A stretch of DNA of 64,000 nt, from NCBI RefSeq assembly GCF_009834535.1, contig NC_045696.1, forward strand, positions 91,514,001-91,578,000. Reading direction: 5' to 3'. Shown piece after piece: positions 42,760-53,119 of the stretch. The notes under the pieces were generated by a model. The model ran no database searches. It was given only the letters and a program-made list of their open reading frames with translations, and was not told the origin of the DNA. Numbering within the stretch: position 1 is the stretch's first letter; the number at the start of each line of letters is the position of its first letter. Both the position numbers and the translations under genes were made by a program. This DNA comes from Camelus ferus. Lineage: Eukaryota.

Positions 42760-44565
42760 TTTCATCTGCTGAGTGCTCTTAGAAATAAATATACTGTTAA
42801 CTTAGCCCTGAGATCCCTCTAGGATCTATTCTTTTCTCTTGTTCCTTTCACCAAACATTTCTTGATTAGTTGTCTCCACTAATTCCTTCCATGTCAGCTC
42901 CACCCACTCACACCTTTACCCCAGCAGTGAAGCCCCTTCTCCGCCATTCTACTCACAGCAGCCACTTCCTATTCATCAAATCAACGAGTTCTTCTCAAAC
43001 ATCATTTCTCTTGATTCCTGTAGTACCTGGCCCCGTTGGCCAGCCCTTCCTCTATAACAAGCTACATGCATTGGTTGATGCAAAACTTAGATCATTCATT
43101 GCAAAGGTTAAGAACATAGATTTTTGTCAAGTGGAACTGGCATCACTATTTAATAGCTATTAGACCTTAGGGGAAAATTCTTAAACTTCTCTCAGCCTCA
43201 GCTTGCTAATTTGCAAAACTGAATAACTATTCCTTCCAGGGGAGGCTGTGAGGTTTATATTAAAAAAAAAAAAAGTAAAATTCTCAGTACATGGTAAGTA
43301 CTCAATGAAGGTTAACTACACTACTTATCCCACCTTCCTGATTACTCCTCAGTCTCCTTTGTCCACTCTCTTGTCCCTAATTATGGATTTCTCCCAAAGC
43401 CCCAAGCCATCCTCTCTCTACAAATTCACCCCTTGTCTACTCACTGTTTCCAGCGTGGCCTCTACACTATAACCTTCTAGTTCTGGCATGGCTTCTCTGC
43501 CAAGCCCCTCCAATCCCACTTCACAAACTGCCCTAAGGATATTTCTCCATGAATGAGCTGTCATCCCTAAATTCAGCACGGAACAAAAGAATCTTATCAT
43601 CTTCTTCCTTTTCCAACTTCCACCAGTGGCATCACAGTCTTGGGACCGCAGAGTCATTCTTAAATCATTCCTCTTCCTCACCTCCTCTCCAACCCCTTAC
43701 ATATCCTGTTTTCCTTTTTTTTTTTTTAATTGAAGTATAGTTGATATACAATATTATATGTTATAGGTATACAATATAGTGTTTACAATTTTAAAGGTTA
43801 TACTCCATTTATACTTATAAAATATTGGCTACATTCCCTGTGCTGTATAATATATCCTTGTAGCTTAATTTTACATAATAATTTGTACCTCTTAATCCCC
43901 TACCCCCATGTTGCCCCTCCCAGCTTCCCTCTCCCCACTGATAACAACTAGTTTGCTTTCTATATCTGTGAGTCCACTTCTTTTTTGGTTATATTCACTA
44001 GTTTGTTGCATTCTTTAGATTCCACATATAAGTGATATACAAAGTATTTGTCTTTCTCTGACTTATTTCACTTAGCATAATACCCTCCAAGTCCATCCAT
44101 GTTGTTGCAAATGGCAAAATGTCATTGTTTTTTATGGCTGAGTAGTATTCCATTGACATACTCTGTTTTTATTTTCTAATCTTTTTCACTTCTGATTATG
44201 CCCTTTCATTCCAGTCACCATTACTCCGGCCAGAGCCCTCATCTCCTCATACAGAGATTATTAAAATAGCCTCTCAATTGGTATTCTTATACCACCTCCA
44301 TCATCAGCAGATTAATTTTCCTAAAATGACAATTTAATAGCACTGCTCTCTTACTCATAATCTATTGACACTCTGTGCCACCATTGTCTACAAGATGAAA
44401 TAAAATTCTTTAGTCCTTAATTCAAGGTCCTCCACAGCCTGACAATAATTAACCTTTCCAATTTTATCTTCTCCTCAAATCAAAGGGTTATAAATTGTGT
44501 CTAATTCATCTTTGTATCCCCAGTGTATATCACAGTCCCAGTCAATAAATGTTTGCTGAACTGAG
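42760..44565 (+). mobile_element. LINE-2 fragments interrupted by a MIR (~43100-43320) and an L1
   Basis: L2 blocks (aaatagcctctcaattgg, ttcaaggtcctccacagcctg, catctttgtatccccagtg...tcaataaatgtttgctgaactga) and MIR core (aaacttctctcagcctcagcttgctaatttgcaaaactg). Confidence 0.65.
43713..44155 (-). mobile_element. 5'-truncated L1 3' end
   Basis: Poly(T), then aattgaagtatagttgatatacaat...tagattccacatataagtgata...ttttatggctgagtagtattccattg. TSD acatatcctgtttt / acatactctgtttt. Confidence 0.88.
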
Positions 44566-44717
44566 CTAATCCAACTGATCACCTCCCACAATTGCAGGCA
44601 TTTGTTGATTGAATGTCAAATTCATTCTTCATTCAATTCATTTAACTGAAAATTATTTACAATGGAAGTGTCTGAAATTGTACAAGCACTATAATTATAT
44701 ATTTACAATGAGTGAAG

Positions 44718-45105
44718 ATATTAACTGGGATAGGCCAATTTATGCTGTGATAACAAACAATCCCCAAATCTCAGTGACTTCGTACGCAGTTTATTTATTG
44801 TACACACAAAATTGGGGCAAATGACCTTCACTGAGGCTGCCCTTCATATGGTGTCTGAGTATTCCTGCATCCTTTAATCACATCCATATCAAAATATCCT
44901 TTCACAGCCGCTGTGGCCAGAGAAGAGAGTGTGGAAAATCATATGCTGTCTCTTAAACACTTCAACCTGGAAGCTACACATAACATCTCCACTTCCATTT
45001 TATTGATCAAAACAAATCAAAATGTGCCCAATACCCAAGAAATAGAGAAGAGAGCTCTTCCCACGTATCCAGGAAAGGAAGGAGAACCAGGGTTGATGCT
45101 GTAGG
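44718..45105 (-). mobile_element. MLT1K/L-like old MaLR LTR
   Basis: gggataggccaatttatgctgtgataacaaacaatccccaaatctcagtgactt...ctggaagctacacataacatctccacttccattttattgatcaaaac. Confidence 0.65.
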
Positions 45106-45149
45106 AAGGAGCAGAGTGGGCTAGTCAGTGAATCAGAGCTTTCTTAATA

Positions 45150-45325
45150 CAGTTACTCTTAAACTTTACGCTGGATCTGAATCACCACAGAGTTTGTTAA
45201 GCCAGAGATCACTAGGCCCCAGTCCCAGAATTTCTGATTTAGGAGGTCTGGGCTGGGACTGAAATTTTTGTATTTCTAACAAGTTTCTAGGAAATGCTGA
45301 TTCTGTTCCTACTTTGAGAGCCAGT
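45150..45325. mobile_element. MER5A-like MITE
   Basis: ctcttaaacttt...gaatcacc...ggccccagtcccagaatttctgatttaggaggtctgggctggg...atttctaacaagtttctagg...actttgagagcca. Confidence 0.75.
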
Positions 45326-45434
45326 TTCAAAATATTTTTATAAGCAGTTCTTTCCTGTTTTAAATGATTCTTGCTCTCAAAGAGCCCACACTTTAAATTA
45401 GGTTAGAGTGAGAAGAAAATGTTCCTAGTGAATT

Positions 45435-45884
45435 TGTAACCAAGCAGGACCCTATGGAGCCTTACGGGGACAGACCCCTCCTTCTCATCCTGCACTATAG
45501 CTCCTCTCTGAAGTTCCCAGATAATATTATCTTATGCATATTCCTGAGTTTTTCAGATGCTAAAGACCACCACCAAGTTGTAGAAATTAATTACTTGATG
45601 ATCATGAACACGTAACCCCCAGAACTGGCAGCTAAGGATTGCGCGCCATCAACCAATTAGAGAATTGTGCACAGCTGATCACATACCCTGGGCTGCCCCT
45701 CCCTCGGCTGATGTTTACAAATGCTCAGCTGAAAGCCTTCAGGGAGTTTGGGGGTTTTTTGGGCATGAGCCACCAGTTCTCCTTGCTCGGCCTAGCAGTA
45801 AAGCTTTCTCTGCTCCAAACTCTGACTTTTTGGTATTTTTGGGCCTTCCTGTGTGTAGAGCACACAAAGTTACATTGGGTAACG
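45435..45884 (+). mobile_element. 5' LTR of the provirus
   Basis: TGTAACCAAGCAGGACCC...GGTAAC(G). CCAAT at ~45653. Poly(A) signal position reads AGTAAA (45797-45802). Confidence 0.92.
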
Positions 45885-46429
45885 ATTTTGACAAGGCCAG
45901 CCTAGGAGTCTTACCCACTGCAGGTCAGCGCAGACTAGAGGCAACCCCTTCCCTGGATCCCCAGCAGCTGACGGAGCTCACTTCACTCCAAGGAACTGGG
46001 AGGTTCTCTCCCTGACATGCGCTGGCTGCCCCACTGCACGAGGCTGCTTGGAGCCGAGAAACGCCCGGAGCTGTGCTCCAAGTTCCATGTCGCTATGGGG
46101 TGAGTTGCTCTAGCTTGCACAGGCTGGGAATTCTCTTCACTCCATCTGGGCTCATTCCATTCTGAGGAGTGAGCCACTCTGGGTCTGTTCTCTTTCGAGG
46201 GCCCCAGTCTGGAGGCCTCTGTCTGGGAGTGGAAGTGGAATTTTTAGACTGCACCTCCTCTGATTTTCTGTCTGTGTGAACAACAGCTTATTTGTTGTTT
46301 GTGTTTCTGTGTTTATTGCTTTGGGGTGAGCCACTCTGGCTTGCACAGGATGGGAAAATTGAACCTGCTCCACCTGGACCCACTCCCTTCCAGGAAGTGA
46401 GCCAGACTGGACTCGTTGGGAGCCACTCT

Positions 46430-46539
46430 AGGTCCCTCCTTTTTTGGGAGCCAGGCCTCTCTGGAAACCTCCATCTGGGAGCGGAGGTCCCTCCTTTTTT
46501 GGGAGCCAGGCCTCTCTGGAAACCTCCATCTGGGAGCGG
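46430..46539. repeat. Perfect 2 x 55-bp tandem duplication
   Basis: aggtccctccttttttgggagccaggcctctctggaaacctccatctgggagcgg at 46430-46484 and 46485-46539, identical. Confidence 0.95.
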
Positions 46540-47182
46540 GAGTAAAAGTGGAATTTTGGGGCTACACCTCATCTGATCTTTTGTTTGTGGGACCATGTCT
46601 ATTGATTGCATGTGTGTGTATCAGCACTTGCACTGGCCGTTGAGACTTCTTTGGTAACAGGGATCATGTGTGACGACACCAGGTTATCCTTCAGTGTTAT
46701 GCTGGCTTCGGCTGTGGTTGGGGTTTTCCCTTTCTAGCCTTAGGAAAACTTCATTTAGCTTCATCTCGGATGGGGCATTGGTTGGGAATCCCCCTACTGG
46801 GGGCTCTGGAACTGTGACTCAGAGACTGTTTTAAATTGTTGTTTGCTTGATATTTGATAACATAGACTGTGAATAATTAAGTATAGATAATCAGCTCTGT
46901 TGCGTCTTTATAGTCCCTAAAGGTATATATACATCTTCAGCTATGTTCCCATAAATGAAAGAAAATTATATTTTTTACTGTAACACTGTATGGGCTCAGT
47001 AAGCCTGAGATCTGGAGAACAGTGGCCCCTAATGACTCTGCTATGACATCAAAGTGGGCCTTTTGCAATTGCTTTGACTTTTATCTTGAGGGTGTGGGTG
47101 TGGGTGTATCTCAGTGCCTGAATCCGAATCCTGTTCTTTCTGGTTTGGCTGAAAGTGAGGCATGTGAATGTAAGCAAATGAG

Positions 47183-47192
<10 letters not shown>

Positions 47193-47226
<34 letters not shown>
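47193..47226. repeat. (GA)17 microsatellite
   Basis: Directly visible, preceded by a short (AT)n. Confidence 0.95.
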
Positions 47227-47229
<3 letters not shown>

Positions 47230-49180
47230 ATTACTGTTACTTCTTTAAACTGAAGTGGATATTTGGAAACTGGGGGGGAAAAGACTCTGAAAATAGCCAA
47301 GATGATTACGTTTTGTAAAAGCAGTTAGAGGAGGAATTTGCATTTCTCTTCCTGTGCTTTTGAGTTGTAAATGATCTACCTGGTCTCTCAAGGGGAAAAA
47401 AGAGGGTTTTAAACTTAAGCAGAAAACCTGAGATTTCTGGTTCTGTCTGTCTTTACATGAAAAATTAACTTGCAAATGAGTTCAATTTAATTGACTTAAA
47501 AGTAAATGCTTACAAATTATATACTTCTAAGTATAAAAGAAGCTAGACGAAACATGTGATCAGGTTCATGTAATCTAGGGAATATTCAATATTGAATTGA
47601 TATCTGATATTAAAGCTAGCTTAAACTTGTTGGTATAATCAATACAGACATGTCTCATTGTATTTAGGTTTACTGAAGGTCAATAAGTTCATGTTGATTC
47701 TGTTGCAGAGTTTGTCAGCAGAAAATATTAACTTGGTATGATGAAGTTCTTAAAAATGAATTGAATGCAAATGGGATAAGAGCTCTTGGGTAAACTCTTT
47801 AGAAATATTTGTTTTAGGAATGTGTACTTGAAAATGATCTTTCCAGATATTTGACAACTTGAAATTTTAGAGTTGTGCTGAATTGGATTAAATGATGGGA
47901 AGTTTATTGAATACTTGAATAGCTAGTTCATTCCCAAACAAAACAAAATACTGAAATATTCACTACAAATTAGTATTTTTAGGAACTGAAGATTCCAATT
48001 TAAATATGTAATTGAAGCTACTAGAAATAATGGGGAAACATTTCAGTATAAAGTGGGAAAGTAGGATATATGTTTTGAGTAAAAAAAAGATATGAGGAAT
48101 GGATAAAAAAATATACATACCAAAAATAAAAATAAAAATTTTTAAAAGGAAACACATGAAAAAAGAAAAAGATATGAGGAATGGAATTGCATTTTGGTAA
48201 GGAAAAGAAAGTGATTTGGTCATGGAACTGGTTGTTTCTGGATGGGAAAAAAAAGGGAACAAGCTAATATGGATACAGAAAGTTGTGGAAGCTTTGTAGA
48301 AAGGGGGCCCTAAAACAGAGTTCTGTGCATGGTTGGGCTTAGGTTAGACTGAATTTGACTAGGTGAATGGATTTTGTTATTGAAAATAGGCTGGTGCAGG
48401 ACTAGGTTTGGTTCCTCCCTGTTAAGAGAATAAGTTTACTTAGAACGCTTCTAAGTAACAGATAACAGATTGTGTGAAACTTTTTGATGTTTTTGACAAA
48501 CTTCCTATCAAGTTCTAATTGAAATTCTTTTGACTTCAGCTAACTTTGTGATGCTTCAGAGGGTTCCTGAGACATCTCAGAGAAAAATATTTAAGTAGGA
48601 TTGGTTGGCATGTTGAATTGTGTCAAATGTATAATAAGCGTCCTCAGATTGTATGGAGTAAATGGGTGTTGTTGATCTGGATATTTCTAGAAATCATATA
48701 GTTTTCTGAAACTTGGGTATGTCCTGGTATGGTGCTATCAGTCATGGTTTTGGTTGTTATCTTGGGATGTTGTGTGTCACAGCAACTTGATTAAACTTCT
48801 TTGTCAAAAAACATTGTGATCAGATCTTTAACCTTCCCTTTTTTGGATCTTCTGTCATTTGTATACAGTTAAGTGGGTGCTTTGCAAAACTGCTTCTTCA
48901 AGAAAATTCATAAAAAGGACTTTTTGACAAGTACAAGTTTCTTTTAAATCATACTGCTGAGCTGAGTATTTAAGAAGTCTAATGAAAACTCTGATTTCAT
49001 AAAACAGTAAAAGGGGTTGATTGCATCAGGTTGAGTGAACGGGTGAATATGGTTATAATTTTTTGCTTGACTGAAGTATTGCTGACTTTTAATCCATGTT
49101 TTCTTACTGAACTGTTTACCAAATGTTTGTCTCTCTATCAATATTTCCCTCGATGTTTAAGATAAAAAGAATTCTTTAGA

Positions 49181-49300
49181 GGGTTGAGGATGTAGCTCAG
49201 TGGTAGAGCATGTCCATGGCATGCACATGGTCCTGGCTTCGATCCCCAGTGCCTCCATAAGTAATAATAGTAATAAAGTAAAAATTAATCTCAAAACAAA
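49181..49300 (+). mobile_element. tRNA-derived SINE, vic-1-like (camelid)
   Basis: ggatgTAGCTCAGTGGtagagcatgtccatggcatgcacatggtcctgGCTTCGATCCCcagtgcctcca has Pol III A and B boxes, followed by an A-rich tail. Resembles the tRNA-Ala-related camelid vic-1 SINE. Confidence 0.8.
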
Positions 49301-50025
49301 GAGAATTAATTCTCTAATGCAGTTGTCACAGAGTATAACTACTCATGATGCATATCAATGCTTGCTTTGAGTCTGCTGTTAAAAGCACATTTACCATGCT
49401 GTGTACCAACTGGATATAAGTGATAAAATGTATGACCTGTAAAGTGTTGTGTTTCCCCATTAACATACCTCTGAGCCTGTTCACAGTATCTGATTAGTTT
49501 TCCCCCAACTTGGATAATAAGGCAAATATAAAGGAGGCCTAGTGCCAAGAAACATAACCTCAACCTGGGGCAAGAGCTACCACCCGAGTACTCAGAGACA
49601 GGTATTTTAATCATCTGTGCTTTCTATTGAAAGATTTGTAATCAAAAGGGGAAATGATGGAAAAGTCTGCATATTTTGAGGTATGCACAAGTCATTCTGG
49701 CTTATGCATGCTTTGACTTCAACTTTACTGACCAAAGCAGTCTGTTTTATGGCCTTTTGGACATACACTGTACATCTGCTTTGGCCTCGAGGGAGGGAAT
49801 GCATTTGAAAGTCAAAATGGAGTAGCTGTGGTTCAGACATCCAAGGTAAAACTAGGTGGCCGTTGTGGACTTGATTTCAGACATGTTCCTGTATAGTTGA
49901 GAACTTGAATTTTCTGAGCTGTGTTATACTCAGGATGCCACCATCCACTCTCAAATTAATGTCTGCTGGCAGATGGCTGCTGCAAGCTTATGACCTCAAG
50001 GTCTCCTCTTGTAGTTATTAAATTT

Positions 50026-50376
50026 TTAGACAGTAAAATTGCTTTGGATCCGATGTTATTAGTAGGAAAAAAGAAGACGTATAGTGGCCCATAGCTCTTG
50101 TTATATATTGTTAATACCACATCAAACGTTAAAACCTACTCTGATAAAAGGAGACAACTGGCTACCTGGCTACAAGTCTCCCCAAATCCAGGTCCAGACT
50201 GGTTTTCAGGCTTATTCTCCTGAATTCCTCAGGGAATGAGATCCTAATCATACAAGACTCAGATCCAGGACTTGAAACTTGGGAGTATTTCCAACTTGGT
50301 GTCCATCCCCAAATCAAGGCAGGACTATGCCCCATTTCAGCAGGAAGTAGCCAGAGCAGTCATCATCACATTCCCT
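50026..50376 (+). pseudogene. Decayed retroviral env, transmembrane-subunit remnant
   Basis: Manual translation gives LDSKIALD (50026-50049, immunosuppressive-domain-like), VNTTSNVKTYSDKRRQLATWLQVSPNPGPDWFSGLFS* (50110-50223) and YAPFQQEVARAVIITFP (50326-50376, resembles ERV1 env tails). Confidence 0.7.
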
Positions 50377-50529
50377 GAGAGATCTGGGGAAGAATGAAAC
50401 AGGATTGGAGATTGAAACTGAGTTCTTCTGCCAAGTTTATAATTAAAACCTCTCTATCCAAAATATCATTCCCCTTGTCCAACACCTGTTCTCCTCAAGA
50501 CTGAGGAGGATCAAAGAAAAGAGGGGAAT

Positions 50530-51007
50530 TGTAACTGAGCAGGACCCTGTGGGGCCTTCTTGGAACAGATCCCTCCCTCATAACCTCTGCTGTAGCTCCG
50601 CTCTGAAGTACCCAGATAGTAGTATTTCATGCATATTCCCTGAGTTCAAATGCTAAAAAAAAAAAAAAAAAAACAAAAACCCACCAAATGAAAGAAATTA
50701 ACTACTTGATGATCATGAGCACATAGCCCTCAGACCTTCTGGCGCCTAAGGATTGATCACCATCAACCATCAGAGAATTGTGCACAGCTGATCATGTACC
50801 CTGGGATGCCCCTCCCTCTGCTGACCTCTACAGATGCTCAGCGGAAACCCTTCAGGGAGTTTGGGGAGGGGGGTGGTTTGGACATGAGCCACCAGTTCTC
50901 CTTGCTCGACCCAGCAATAAATTTTTCTCTGCCCCAACCAGCTCCAACGTTTCAGTATTTTTTTGGCCTCACTGTGTGTCAGGCATGCAAACTTGCATTT
51001 GGTAACA
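50530..51007 (+). mobile_element. 3' LTR of the provirus
   Basis: TGTAACTGAGCAGGACCC...GGTAACA. AATAAA at 50916-50921. Internal A-run expansion at ~50655-50673. Confidence 0.93.
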
Positions 51008-53119
51008 AATTGAGAGACATATTGGCTTGAAATGATCAAGATTGGCCTAGGCAGCAAACATAGTAGCCAGAGCTCTCACCACCCACTCCTTCTCCCACTT
51101 GCTGGCCCTCTACCCTGTCTTTTTCACCTCTTCCTCTACCATCTTCTTCCTCCCCTTTATCCCCTTTGACAAGGGGATTCCCCTCTCCACCCCACTTTTG
51201 TTGTCCCACCTTCCCATGGATCCATCTCTAGAATCCTCTCTTTTCCTTCCCCTTTCATCTCTTTTTTTTCTCAGTCACCCTGTGCCCACAGTTTTTGCCA
51301 TTTACTCCTACCAGTGACCTAGAACTTAACCACTTAATAAGGTGGCACTGTGTAGATGGACTCTAGTGTGACTGAAAGCAGATTACATGGAAAGGATGTT
51401 GGCAGAATCATGGAGGCAGGGAGGAGCAGTAGTTTAGGAGATGCATGGGAAGAAAATGCATGTATCAACATCTCAGAAGGGAACTGTGCTGAGAGAATCA
51501 TTGCTTTGGCCAGAACCACTCGTGCCATCTGTAAAGTGTTTGCTATGCTCACTGAGAATCTGAAAGAGGACATCTGTGGGGTAATTGACCCCTAGTCAGC
51601 CTATGATCCAACTAGGGGCTTCTGCATTTGAATTCCCATGAACTGACTTTATCCAAAACATTTATCTCTTCTAACCTGTGTGGCTCTCTCTTTGGGAAAG
51701 GTAGATGCAGGATGAGGAAATACAAGAGAGCACAAGGCTCAGGACCAGGTGGCAGGGCAAGCTGGAGTCAGTTCAAGTGAGCAGGCTACCACCATTGCTC
51801 ACATGTCATCAGCCATCACCAAACATGTGGACCAGATTTCTGTGGTCTTGTTGGGGACTCTCTGGTCCCCCTGGTGGACATGACTACCCAGTATCAGCCC
51901 TCGCTCTCCAGCTCTCTGGTCATCTTTGCAGGTGTCAGGACAGACACAACCCAGGCGATGTCATGCTCTCTCCACACCAGAAATGAGGCACCAAACTTGT
52001 GCCTTAGCCCTGGCCTGGAGGAGCCACCTCTGGGGTTGACCAAGCTGCTCCAGATGTAAATGCAAAAGTCATGTTTCCCTATATTATGTGACCACACCAG
52101 GTTCTGTGGCACCTAATGCAGCTCTCCGGGGGTGGAAGGCTATTGGGCCTGAAGGGTGCTTCTGCATTCAAGTTCTCATGAACTCACTTTTTAGTTGGCT
52201 GCATAATCAGGAGTCAAGTCATCAAAACTCAATGAGATCTGTCAAATATCTGAGGTACAAATTCAAATTAGATCTGCTGCCAACATTAACCTGGCCCAGG
52301 GGACACCCAGAGTGCCTTCTGCTCACCACCTATGATCCATCTGTGGAATTTCTAAAGAGTCAGCCATTCCAGTTGTAAGTAGTTTATAAATTTTAAATTT
52401 CTACTTTATTATCAACTAATGATTTTCATTAAGGTATTGTAATAGCTTTCTATGTTCAGCTGTAAGCACTGAGTCCCCTACTTAGTTTTATAAGCTTTTT
52501 GTCTGTTATTTTAGTCCTTGCCCATGAGTATACTTTTTTCTGTTTTGTCATGAAAAGGTAATGAGTCTGTTAATATATTTCACTTTGGTTCTGTAAGGTC
52601 TAGAATATGTTGTAAATGTAAAAGGTGGGCTGGAAAAGAAATTGAGGAGGAAGGCATATACAAATCAACTTTCTTCTGACCTTAAAAAATGTTTATTCTC
52701 CAAGCCAACAGGTAAAGTTGTAGCGTTCTTTTCAAAACAGTGACAAATGAGGGACAAAAGGCACTCTCCTGGTGCCAGTGCAGCTGTGTCTACCCTAGTG
52801 TGGAGGGATGACTTTTTCTAATTTGCCCAAAAACTTCATATAGGCTTCCAGTGGTTCTGCTTGCTTCGCCTATAAATGCAAACTCTACAGATATGTACAA
52901 AGCAGAAGACCAAATCCCATCCACTACCCAGGATGTAACCGCTATTAATATTTTGGTGTAGATGCTCCCAGAGCTTTCTTTTTACTACTCAGTTATTATA
53001 TCTGGATAGGTGGGGTTTTTTAATAGAAACATACCGTAATATTCTTCCTCAACTTATGCTTTTTCGTTACTAATATGTCAAGAACATAATTATCTTTCCT
53101 AGCAACATGTTTACATGAA

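Larger units (their letters stand above)
45435..51007 (+). mobile_element. Two-LTR ERV1-class provirus, non-autonomous/MER4-group-like, no intact ORFs
   Basis: Direct LTRs at 45435-45884 and 50530-51007. Exact 4-bp TSD AATT at 45431-45434 and 51008-51011. PBS-like ttttgacaaggccagcctaggag just after the 5' LTR. Polypurine tract aaagaaaagaggggaa just before the 3' LTR. env TM remnants near 50.0-50.4 kb. Confidence 0.92.

Noticed and set aside
45639..46643. ORFs in the LTR and leader as gag
   Set aside because: They are short, show no matrix, capsid or zinc-knuckle motifs, and their repeated peptides come from the DNA duplications.
49181..49257. Functional tRNA gene
   Set aside because: The B box is altered, the stems are poorly paired, and it is followed by an A-rich tail instead of a T-run terminator. 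It fits a SINE.
49641..49657. Internal polypurine-tract-like atcaaaaggggaaatg as the start of another LTR
   Set aside because: The sequence that follows does not resemble the element's LTRs, and I find no matching terminus or TSD.
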